Positions 1 to 9,544 of a stretch of 64,000 nt of DNA are shown here, piece by piece (position 1 is the stretch's first letter; each line of letters starts with the position of its first letter). Made by a program: the position numbers and the translations under genes. Source of the DNA: Bacteroidota bacterium (GTDB lineage Bacteria; Bacteroidota; Bacteroidia; AKYH767-A; 2013-40CM-41-45); the NCBI GenBank assembly GCA_016720935.1, contig JADKJP010000007.1:329293-393292 (forward strand), written 5' to 3'. Under the pieces are notes generated by a model. It was not told where the DNA came from. It made no database searches and saw nothing but the letters and a program-made list of their open reading frames with translations.

Positions 1-285
1 GAATCCGAAATCTCCTCTTATGTGGATCATTACCAGCCCTTTGATAAGGCAGGAGCATATGGTGCACAGGATTGTTTGCCACACGGAATGAACCCTTGTT
101 CGGAAGAAGAATTAAAATTTTTAGAACAGATTGGACAAGCTGATTTATTTGAACGTTCTCTTGCAATAGACCCTTCAAAATCGATTGCCATCATAGATCG
201 GATTTCAGGCAGTTATTTCAATGTGATGGGTTTGCCAATAGTTAAGGTATGGAAAGAATTACAAAAATTCATTCCAAAATCTTAG
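1..285 (+). CDS. maf: Maf-like nucleoside triphosphate pyrophosphatase (septum formation protein Maf), C-terminal part; 5' end lies outside the window
   Basis: The reading frame is open from position 1. The motif DKAGAYGAQ matches the Maf DKAGAYGIQ signature, and ...SGSYFNVMGLP matches the conserved Maf C-terminal GSYxxVVGLP. About 35 aa are inserted between the two motifs relative to canonical Maf. Confidence 0.6.
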   Translation, partial: ESEISSYVDHYQPFDKAGAYGAQDCLPHGMNPCSEEELKFLEQIGQADLFERSLAIDPSKSIAIIDRISGSYFNVMGLPIVKVWKELQKFIPKS

Positions 286-328
286 ACACATTTGGTGATT
301 AATAAAGATCTTCAAACGAAGAAAAAAG

Positions 329-1255
329 ATGATGAATCCCAAAGCCCAGATGCGAACAGCATATTTAAAAATGCATGCAGCGATTTTCCTTTGGGGATTC
401 ACCGGGCTTCTTGGTAAACTGATTAACCTGAACGAAGGACTTCTGGTCTGGTACAGGATGCTGATCAGCAGTATTGCGATAGCGCTATTGATGTTGTACA
501 GGAGAAATTTTCCCTCATTAAAAAGAAAAGAACTCATTCGTATTGGAAGCATCGGATTTTTAGTAATGCTTCATTGGGTTGCATTTTACGGATCGATAAA
601 ACTTTCGAGTATCAGTGTCGCGATGGTCTGTCTGTCATCGATTGCGCTTTTTGCTTCCATCATTGAACCGCTGGTAAACAAAACAAGATTTGATTATGTA
701 GATATCATTTTTAGTCTTTTCGCCCTGGTTGGAATCGCTACCATCTACAATTCGGACCTGAGTGCTTCGGCAGGAATTATTGTCGGTATCATCAGTGCAT
801 TGCTTAGTGCGACATTTTCCACCCTGAATAAACGTATTGCCGGACATTACGAGGCATTAACCATTAGTCTGATCGAATTAACAAGCGGGTTTCTGCTACT
901 TACTCTACTGCTTCCCCTCTACCTTGCTATTCAACCGACAACACATTATCTCCCCGATTTTTCAGATTCTATTTATCTGCTGATACTTTCTCTTTTCTGT
1001 ACCGTTCTCACCTGGATATTATCATTGGATGCGCTCAGAAAAGTTTCTGCATTCACCATGGGATTGGCCTTGAACCTTGAACCGGTGTATGGGATTATAC
1101 TCGCTGTTTTGTTTGCCGGTGAAGGAAAAATTCTCAACAGTGGCTTTTACCTTGGTGCGGTTATTATCATGATCACAGTGATTCTGCATACGATTTACAA
1201 ATTCAGAAAAGCGTCAAAAATAAAAATTGAAGACTCCAATCCCCTCTTACCATGA
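329..1255 (+). CDS. EamA/DMT-superfamily permease (10-TM drug/metabolite transporter, RarD-like)
   Basis: 308 aa, highly hydrophobic, with two repeated 5-TM halves typical of EamA-domain transporters. The 4-bp overlap with the next gene indicates an operon. Confidence 0.6.
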   Translation: MMNPKAQMRTAYLKMHAAIFLWGFTGLLGKLINLNEGLLVWYRMLISSIAIALLMLYRRNFPSLKRKELIRIGSIGFLVMLHWVAFYGSIKLSSISVAMVCLSSIALFASIIEPLVNKTRFDYVDIIFSLFALVGIATIYNSDLSASAGIIVGIISALLSATFSTLNKRIAGHYEALTISLIELTSGFLLLTLLLPLYLAIQPTTHYLPDFSDSIYLLILSLFCTVLTWILSLDALRKVSAFTMGLALNLEPVYGIILAVLFAGEGKILNSGFYLGAVIIMITVILHTIYKFRKASKIKIEDSNPLLP

Positions 1256-1689
1256 AAGAGTATAAAAAATCACTTGACCTTCGTTGGTCGGATCTTGACC
1301 CCAATTATCATTTGAGACATTCTGTTTACTATGATTTAGCAGCCCAGATCCGAACTTCATTTTTAGAAGAACATGGATTGACAATTCGTCAACTGCAGGA
1401 ATTGTATCTCGGGCCGGTACTGTTCAGGGAAGAAGGTGTCTTTCGCAGGGAAATTCGTTTCGGAGAAAAAACAAGTATCAATCTTCAATTGCTAAAACTC
1501 AACAAAGATTACTCACGGTTTTCATTCCGACATGAAATCGTAAAAGAAGACGGCACTCATTGTGCTTTCATCACAGTGGATGGTGCATGGATAAATACCA
1601 AAACCAGAAAACTCACTGCACCACCTGATCTTGGAAAGGATATGATTAATGATGTTCCGAAAGCGGAGGGGTTTGAGTGGATTGACTAG
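1252..1689 (+). CDS. Hotdog-fold acyl-CoA thioesterase (4HBT/YbgC-like)
   Basis: 145 aa. Size and the N-terminal pattern LDLRWSDLDPNYHLRHSVYYD (Asp/His catalytic region) fit the 4-hydroxybenzoyl-CoA thioesterase family. Confidence 0.5.
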   Translation: MKEYKKSLDLRWSDLDPNYHLRHSVYYDLAAQIRTSFLEEHGLTIRQLQELYLGPVLFREEGVFRREIRFGEKTSINLQLLKLNKDYSRFSFRHEIVKEDGTHCAFITVDGAWINTKTRKLTAPPDLGKDMINDVPKAEGFEWID

Positions 1690-1695
1690 CGGTTT

Positions 1696-1787
1696 TTAGT
1701 GGTTAGTGCTGAGTGCTTAGTGCTTAGTGGTTGGTGGTTGGTGCCTGTTGGAATTTTTCGTCCCTCGTCCCTTTCGTCCCTCGTCCC
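1696..1787. repeat. Tandem heptamer microsatellites: about 8 copies of TTAGTGC-like units (1696-1751), then 4 copies of TCGTCCC (1758-1787); the minus strand reads GGGACGA x4, a G-quadruplex motif
   Basis: Read directly as ttagtgg ttagtgc tgagtgc ttagtgc ttagtgg ttggtgg ttggtgc, followed by tcgtccc tcgtccc tttcgtccc tcgtccc. The complementary strand gives GGG-ACGA-GGG-ACGAAA-GGG-ACGA-GGG. Confidence 0.8.
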
Positions 1788-1794
1788 TATAAAT

Positions 1795-1836
1795 AAAAGA
1801 GGCTGCCCTTTTATAAGGACAGCCTCTTTTATTTTA
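1795..1836. terminator. Bidirectional Rho-independent terminator between the convergent thioesterase and BNR/T9SS genes
   Basis: aaaagaGGCTGCCCttttataaGGaCAGCCtcttttatttt: a GC-rich stem flanked by an A-run upstream and a T-run downstream. Confidence 0.75.
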
Positions 1837-1849
1837 ATTCGGTGATTGA

Positions 1850-4099
1850 TTAGAATTTCACCAGTTTATTTACGGCTTTGATACCATTAGATTCAACATG
1901 AATCAGGTAAGTACCAGCACTCAGTTTTTGAGCATTCACCATTTCGTGGTTAACGCCTTTGCTTACATAAGTTGTATTGGAATAAACCTGGCGTCCCATC
2001 ATGTCAATGATTTGGATTGAAGTTTTTCCATAAACTGCTGCATTGATCTGGATGTCGATCGTAGATGCATCTTTTTGGTAGCTGTAAACCGCCAATTGAG
2101 AAGCATTGATTTCTGCGATACCTACACCGGTACAGTTTGGATCTGATGGATCCAATACGTTAACAGCAACTGAAGTTCCGCTGTAAGTACAGTTAGGATC
2201 AAGATTCAAATCCTGAAGGAATGTCGGAGGATTAGTGTTTGCAACCGCATTACCGAACACAACAGGAGTCCAGTAGTATACTCCGTATGGAATCAGGGAA
2301 CCAATGAACTGACCATCGTTGATGATAGAACGTGTAGAAGTTCCGTTGGAATAATTGAACACATAAGAAGTAACGATACTTGGATCATTGAGAGGATCAG
2401 TTGATCCGGAGATATCAGCAGTAGTAATTACCCAGCTTTCACCGGCATAATCACCTTCTGTAGGAGCAACCATACCTGTAGCTGTGAAAATAGCTGTATC
2501 GCCATCACAAATAGCTGTGTCGCTTACTGAAGTAGCTCCAGGAGTGATTGAAGGATCACTGCAAGTTACATTGAGACCGGTACAAGTCGGAGACAGTGGA
2601 TCATAAACATGCAAAGGAACTGAAGTTCCAACATAAGTACAGTTTGGATCAAGTGTAAGGTCACCCAGGAATACAGGAGTACCTGCACTCGCCTGAACTG
2701 CGTTACCGAATACTACAGGAGTCCAGTAGTACAAACCGTAAGGAACCTGGCCGCCAATGAGTGCAGCATCGTTAGTGAAAGTACGAGTTGCAGTTGCCGG
2801 TGCAGGGAAAGTAAAGCGGTAAGAAGCGATCAATGAAGGATCATTGAGAGGATCAGTTGTACCGGAAATGTCAGCAGAAGAAATTACCCAGCTCACACCG
2901 GAGAAGTCACCTGTAGTAGGAGCAACAACACCTGTAGCGGTGAATGTAGCTGTCTCATTATCACAAACTGAAGTATCAGAACCTACTACAGTTACACCCG
3001 GAGAAATGGAAGGATCGCTGCAGGCAATTGTTGGGATGTTTACCCATTTGTAAATACCATCCGTTACAGGATCAGCAGTAAAACCACCTGTCCACATGTG
3101 GATAGAATCTGAAATACCAAGAGCAGTACGCTGATCAGCAACTTCAATATCAGTCCAGGTTAAACCACCATCAGCACTGTAAGAAGAACCGATGAAGCCG
3201 GTAGCAGCACCTGTAGAAACCAAAGTTGATTGAGTTCCAGGAACCCATTTAACATCAGATCCAAAGAAATTTCCTACAGGAGTAGCTGCAGTCCATGTTG
3301 AACCACCATCGTGAGTAACTTTCATGGTGTTAACACCGGTTGTGCTGTTGTACAAACGTGCAATACCATCAAGATTTGTATAGAAGCAAAGGTCAATCGC
3401 GCTGCTTGCAGGAACAGTAATTCCTGTAGAAGCTACAGTCCAGTTCTGACCTCTGTCTACTGAACGGAAAACACGACCTTGGTTTGTGTCAAACCAGATG
3501 GTATCGCCCATTACAACATAATGTCCAACGATAGCATATTCACCGTTCTGTGCAGGAGCAATATTCGCTCCCGGTACAGGAATCCAGGTCGCACCACCAT
3601 CAGAGGTTGTGTAAATTTCAAAATCAGAAGGATTAGGGTCTCCTATTGCAAAACCATTGTCTGCATCGTAGAAGTGAACGATGTCAGGGAAAGAGTTCGC
3701 ATCGAAAATAGCGCCACCACCTTGTTGAGTCCAGTTAGCACCACCATCAGTAGTTTTCCAGATACCACCACCTGCACCGGCAGTTGCATCATAGAACATT
3801 GCCCAGGCTGTATCTGCATTGAGACCGAAAATCATGGACCAATCATAATCCGTTGAAAGTGGAACGTTTCCAGCTGTCCATGTACTTCCATCAGTAGTTC
3901 TGGAAAAATCAGTGCGGTTCGCGCCACCACCTGAACCATCGTAAGTGGAAATCCAGGCGATGTTTGAATCCACTACGCTGATGTAACGCACTCCGGATGA
4001 AACCGGAATCAAGCCAGTAGATTGGCTAAGCCAAGTGTACTGGGCAGAAGCACCGAGGCTTACCAAAAATAAGGCAGCAATCAGTAATTGTCTTTTCAT
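1850..4099 (-). CDS. Secreted BNR/Asp-box repeat protein (sialidase/sortilin-like beta-propeller) with a tandemly duplicated middle domain and a C-terminal type IX secretion (Por) sorting domain
   Basis: The N-terminal signal peptide is MKRQLLIAALFLVSLGASAQ. Repeated S-x-D-x-G-x-T-W motifs occur (TTDGGANW, TSDGGATW, SVDRGQNW, THDGGSTW, SADGGLTW). Two ~155-aa blocks are near-identical (CSDPSISPG...YYWTPVVFGNAV...LDPNCT). The C-terminal ~80 aa (...GTYLIHVESNGIKAVNKLVKF) is typical of a T9SS type-A C-terminal domain. Confidence 0.75.
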   Translation of the reverse strand: MKRQLLIAALFLVSLGASAQYTWLSQSTGLIPVSSGVRYISVVDSNIAWISTYDGSGGGANRTDFSRTTDGSTWTAGNVPLSTDYDWSMIFGLNADTAWAMFYDATAGAGGGIWKTTDGGANWTQQGGGAIFDANSFPDIVHFYDADNGFAIGDPNPSDFEIYTTSDGGATWIPVPGANIAPAQNGEYAIVGHYVVMGDTIWFDTNQGRVFRSVDRGQNWTVASTGITVPASSAIDLCFYTNLDGIARLYNSTTGVNTMKVTHDGGSTWTAATPVGNFFGSDVKWVPGTQSTLVSTGAATGFIGSSYSADGGLTWTDIEVADQRTALGISDSIHMWTGGFTADPVTDGIYKWVNIPTIACSDPSISPGVTVVGSDTSVCDNETATFTATGVVAPTTGDFSGVSWVISSADISGTTDPLNDPSLIASYRFTFPAPATATRTFTNDAALIGGQVPYGLYYWTPVVFGNAVQASAGTPVFLGDLTLDPNCTYVGTSVPLHVYDPLSPTCTGLNVTCSDPSITPGATSVSDTAICDGDTAIFTATGMVAPTEGDYAGESWVITTADISGSTDPLNDPSIVTSYVFNYSNGTSTRSIINDGQFIGSLIPYGVYYWTPVVFGNAVANTNPPTFLQDLNLDPNCTYSGTSVAVNVLDPSDPNCTGVGIAEINASQLAVYSYQKDASTIDIQINAAVYGKTSIQIIDMMGRQVYSNTTYVSKGVNHEMVNAQKLSAGTYLIHVESNGIKAVNKLVKF

Positions 4100-4607
4100 G
4101 CTAATTTTAGTTTAAATGAGTTGAGAATTTGGTGCAAAATTAAGAGATTTTCTGGTATTTGGAAGGCGAAATACTTTAATTACAGAATGCTGACAATGAA
4201 ATTTTCAGATGAATTTTTATCAGTTCATAAAAAGTTAAATGGCCTGATTTTATGAGAAAAACACAAGATTTTTTAAAGAAGAATTCAAATTGATAAAAAA
4301 AATCAAAATTGACCAGATAAAGTCCTTCCATCGGGACTCAAATTCAATCCGGCAAACCCAGAATTTAGACAAGTTTGTAATGCACTCTGCTATGTTGCAA
4401 TACAATCCAATCAGCTATGTTCCAATAGCGGATATAAAATTCCCGGAAAAGCAACATTACTCTTAATCCTTTCTAAATCAATTTAGAAATTGAAAAGAAT
4501 TTTTGAAAACAGAGATGACATAATTGGTTTTGTTGAATGATATTCATCACATTCAGAAAATACTTTCATGTCTAAATTTACAGGAATAAATATTCTATAG
4601 TCCTCCT

Positions 4608-4820
4608 ATGAAATCCAAATCTGATCTAACAAAAGAACTCAACAGAAATTATAACCTTAAGGAAAAAATCCTTCTTGAAATCGGCAGCCATTATTATAAT
4701 CACATGGCTATAAAGGATGGCTCATCTCTTAATTTTGCCAATGAGAAATCTGAATTACTGAAAAAACTGAATGAGAAGATTTCAGAACTGGAGAAGGATT
4801 TCATCAACGCGAGTCATTGA
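4608..4820 (+). CDS. Small hypothetical protein (70 aa, predicted coiled-coil); may not be a real gene
   Basis: This is the only ORF inside a 970-bp AT-rich intergenic region. It is Lys/Glu/Leu-rich. Reading alone gives no homology support. Confidence 0.2.
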   Translation: MKSKSDLTKELNRNYNLKEKILLEIGSHYYNHMAIKDGSSLNFANEKSELLKKLNEKISELEKDFINASH

Positions 4821-5110
4821 ATCCTGTCATCCATAACGATTAGTGGTTCTTATCGATGCGGAAAACTATACTTCCCGCCATTTCCTTTTAAATTGCTTTT
4901 AATTGCTGTTTACTCAACGTTGATTCCGGAATGGATTTCTTTACAATCACTCGGTAATCAAACTTGATTTCTATTTCAGGTTTTTCTGTTTCTTGCCCAG
5001 TCTCTTCTTTCTGCCAAAACATGCATAAGATTTGATCGATTTCTTAAATTTTCTTAAGGAAATCGGATCAAATGTTATTTACCCTAATTTCCCCCGATAA
5101 ACAAAAACCT

Positions 5111-6490
5111 ATGAGCAAAACAAAATTCCCGCTGATGCTGCTTGGATGGCTGTTGGTTTCAAATTTTACCAAAGCACAAAGCGAAAAATTACCATCAAAT
5201 TTTTTCATGTCAAAATTAGACAATGGACTAGAAATGCTGGTGATTGAAGACCGGACTGTACCTCTCGCGACAATTGAGATTTGTACGCGAAACGGTAGTT
5301 ACACAGAACCACCTGAATACAATGGCCTGTCACATCTTTACGAGCACATGTTCTTTAAAGCAAACAAAGATTATCCTTCCCAGGAAAAATTCCTTGAGCG
5401 AATTAAAGAACTTGGAATTGTATTTAACGGGACAACTTCCAACGAACGTGTAAATTACTTTATCACTCTTGGAAATTACAACCTGAAACCCGGACTTGAA
5501 TTCATCAACTCCGCGATTCGTTACCCTCTGTTTGATCAGGAGGAAATGAAAAAAGAAAATGTTGTAGTAGACGGAGAATTTCAACGCAATGAATCCAACC
5601 CGGTTTTCTTCCTGGTGGATGAACTAAATTATAAAATGTGGGGAGACCACTACTGCAGGAAGAACCCGATTGGAGACCATGCGATCATCCGTTCAGCAAC
5701 TCCGGAGAAAATGAAAGTGATCCAGAACAAATTTTATCATCCTAATAATTCCATTCTGTGTGTTGCAGGAGATGTGGATCACGTAGAAGTTTTTAACCAG
5801 ATAAAAGAAATATTCGGCAGCTGGCCTGCATCCGCTGTTGATCCGTTCAAAAGATGGCCTATTCCTGAATTCTATCCAATGGTTGATCAAAACAACTTTG
5901 TTGTGATCAATGAAAATGCAAAGTCACCATTCATCATCGGAGGTTACCAGGGACCTGATACTCGTAACGACGTAGCCGCTACCTATGCAGCTGATGTATT
6001 CTCCACAATATTAAATCTCAAAACATCCGCATTACAAAAAGCCCTTGTCGAAAGCGGACTTGCATTTAATGTTAGTCTGAATTATCAGACGTGCAAATTC
6101 ACAGGACCTATCCAGATTTTCATGGTTCCAAATCCGGCACGTATTAAAGAAGCTGTAAAAGTATTGCAGGATGAAATAAAAAAATGGGATACTGACGCAT
6201 ATTTTACCGATGAACAGCTGAACACCGCGAAATCGCAATTGGAAATTTCTGACGCATTCGGCAAAGAAAAGACTTCCGATTTTGTTCACACTGTTACCTA
6301 TTGGTGGGCCTCCGCCAGCATTGGTTATTATACCAATTACAATGAAAATGTCAGGAAAGTCACCCGGGAAGATATCAAATCCTATGTGCGTAAGTACATT
6401 CAGAAACAACCATCAGCCTGGGGCGTTTTAGTTGACCCGAAAACAAAATCGGCTATGAACATTGATGAAACCATTTTTGAACAAAAATGA
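5111..6490 (+). CDS. M16-family zinc peptidase (insulinase/pitrilysin-like), active subunit
   Basis: The inverted zinc-binding motif HxxEH is present as HLYEHMFFKA. A signal peptide MSKTKFPLMLLGWLLVSNFTKAQ begins at the internal Met, so I preferred that start over 5072. The size is about 460 aa. Confidence 0.8.
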   Translation: MSKTKFPLMLLGWLLVSNFTKAQSEKLPSNFFMSKLDNGLEMLVIEDRTVPLATIEICTRNGSYTEPPEYNGLSHLYEHMFFKANKDYPSQEKFLERIKELGIVFNGTTSNERVNYFITLGNYNLKPGLEFINSAIRYPLFDQEEMKKENVVVDGEFQRNESNPVFFLVDELNYKMWGDHYCRKNPIGDHAIIRSATPEKMKVIQNKFYHPNNSILCVAGDVDHVEVFNQIKEIFGSWPASAVDPFKRWPIPEFYPMVDQNNFVVINENAKSPFIIGGYQGPDTRNDVAATYAADVFSTILNLKTSALQKALVESGLAFNVSLNYQTCKFTGPIQIFMVPNPARIKEAVKVLQDEIKKWDTDAYFTDEQLNTAKSQLEISDAFGKEKTSDFVHTVTYWWASASIGYYTNYNENVRKVTREDIKSYVRKYIQKQPSAWGVLVDPKTKSAMNIDETIFEQK

Positions 6491-6509
6491 TCTAAAACAA
6501 AAACAGAAA

Positions 6510-7856
6510 ATGAAAAAACTACAGATAACCTCGCTCCTGCTTTTATTTTCCTGTTGGTTCGCGTTTACAGCAAGTGCTCAACAACAGGAAATTAAAAAGC
6601 GCACACTTAAAAAGCAAGACTTCGGTGTGAAAGAATACATGGTAGATGGTATAAAAGTGATTAGCAAACCTTCTACAAAGGACATCATCAGTGTGGCTCT
6701 CTATGTTCGTGGCGGCACAGCCAATTATTCCAAAGAACAGGAAGGCATTGAACAATTGACCATGAATGTTCTTGCAGAATCCGGAACCGCGAAATATCCA
6801 AAGGATAAATTCAATTCATTACTCGATTCCTATGGAAGTTCCATCACGACAGGAAGCAATGAGGATGAAAGCTCCGTTGCTCTCAATTGCCTTAAAAGTC
6901 ATTGGAACGAAAGTTGGGACATTTTTTCCGACATGCTCCTCCACCCTGCATTTGACGAAACCACTTTCAACAACAAAAAGGAAGAAGCACTGAGCAATAT
7001 CAAACAAATAGAAAGTGATCCGGATGGATACTTAAACCTGCTCGTTTATCGTGAAGTGTTCAAATCAACACGTTACAACACGATGGTACAAGGCAGCGAA
7101 GCTTCCATTAAAAAGATGACACTTGATGGCATCAAGAAATATTATGCGAGCCTTGTTGAAAAGAACAAGCTTTATATCGTTGTGGTCGGGAATGTAACAG
7201 AGGAAGACCTCCGGACAAAAATCGGACAACTGAAAGGGATCCAGTCAGGGCCGGCTCCTGTCGCGAAAACAGAAAGTAAACCCGACTTCAGTAAATCCAC
7301 ATTATACAAGGAGGATAGAAAACTTGCGACAAACTACATCCAGGGAATTCTCAATGCACCGGATCCGGGCTCACCGGATTGGACAGCCATGAAAATCGCG
7401 ACTCGTATTCTGAGTGATCGACTGTTTGTAGAAATCAGAACAAAGAGAAATTTATCCTATGCTCCCTATGCATTCCTTGCAGCGAATAAAAACGCGTACA
7501 CAGGCATTTATGTTTCCACCACTGATCCGGTGACAGCTGTGCAAGTGATGACAGATGAGTTGAAAAAAATCCGGAAAGAAGGTTTTACTGAATCTGAACT
7601 GAAGAACAAAAAAGAAGGATATCTCACAGGTTTCTACATGAATCTCGAAACGAATAGCGCTTTAACGGGTATGCTTGGAAACAATGAAAACCTCAGCAGC
7701 TGGAAAGAAGCCATGAGTGTTCTGGATAAAGTTAACAATCTGACATTAGATGATATCAACTCTGCATTCAGAAAATACTCAACAAGCATCCAGTGGATTT
7801 ATCTTGGAGATACATCTCTTGCCGATGAAAAATTATTTTTAGCACCATTGAATTAA
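6510..7856 (+). CDS. M16-family peptidase homolog, probably the non-catalytic partner subunit (M16B pair)
   Basis: The domain layout and size match M16. The HxxEH position instead reads EQLTMNV, so it has lost the zinc ligands. The signal peptide is MKKLQITSLLLLFSCWFAFTASAQ. Its start overlaps the 3' end of the active M16 gene, indicating an operon. Confidence 0.7.
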   Translation: MKKLQITSLLLLFSCWFAFTASAQQQEIKKRTLKKQDFGVKEYMVDGIKVISKPSTKDIISVALYVRGGTANYSKEQEGIEQLTMNVLAESGTAKYPKDKFNSLLDSYGSSITTGSNEDESSVALNCLKSHWNESWDIFSDMLLHPAFDETTFNNKKEEALSNIKQIESDPDGYLNLLVYREVFKSTRYNTMVQGSEASIKKMTLDGIKKYYASLVEKNKLYIVVVGNVTEEDLRTKIGQLKGIQSGPAPVAKTESKPDFSKSTLYKEDRKLATNYIQGILNAPDPGSPDWTAMKIATRILSDRLFVEIRTKRNLSYAPYAFLAANKNAYTGIYVSTTDPVTAVQVMTDELKKIRKEGFTESELKNKKEGYLTGFYMNLETNSALTGMLGNNENLSSWKEAMSVLDKVNNLTLDDINSAFRKYSTSIQWIYLGDTSLADEKLFLAPLN

Positions 7857-7873
7857 ATAAAGTCATTAAATGA

Positions 7874-7911
7874 CAAAAAAAACGGCACCTGAAGAGGTGC
7901 CGTTTTTTTTT
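7874..7911. terminator. Bidirectional Rho-independent terminator (M16 operon / gdhA)
   Basis: aaaaaaaACGGCACCtgaagagGTGCCGTttttttttt: a perfect 8-bp GC-rich stem flanked by A-runs and T-runs. Confidence 0.85.
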
Positions 7912-7927
7912 GAAATATTTGTAAAAA

Positions 7928-9289
<1,362 letters not shown>

Positions 9290-9488
9290 TTATAATTTAA
9301 AAGAGGGTGAAAAATAGAAAAAAATACATCGTATGTATATGACCAAAGCCCTGCACTTATGAGGCTTTCCGCTTACTATTGACTATCAGCAGATTAAAGC
9401 TCAAAAAAAATGAATGAACTTCATTTGAAAAGCCGTGTATAAGCCTGAATTACTAATCTTTATTCTTGAGAAAACGACACATGATAAG

Positions 9489-9526
9489 GCAAAAAAAAGC
9501 GGAGAACAATTACTTGTTCTCCGCTC
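9489..9526 (-). terminator. Rho-independent terminator of dnaK
   Basis: The stem GCGGAGAACAAttacTTGTTCTCCGC is followed on the minus strand by a T8 run (an A8 run on plus). Confidence 0.8.
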
Positions 9527-9544
9527 ACATACATCAGAAGAAAA

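Noticed and set aside
3479-3856. A 125-aa plus-strand ORF inside the BNR/T9SS gene
   Set aside because: It lies antisense to the BNR repeat coding region and has no supporting features.
5072-5110. The upstream ATG at 5072 as the start of the first M16 peptidase
   Set aside because: The 13 residues it would add (MLFTLISPDKQKP) precede a textbook signal peptide that begins at the internal Met (MSKTKFPLMLLGWLLV…). The extension would bury the n-region, and a stable hairpin overlaps 5033-5069. I preferred the start at 5111.
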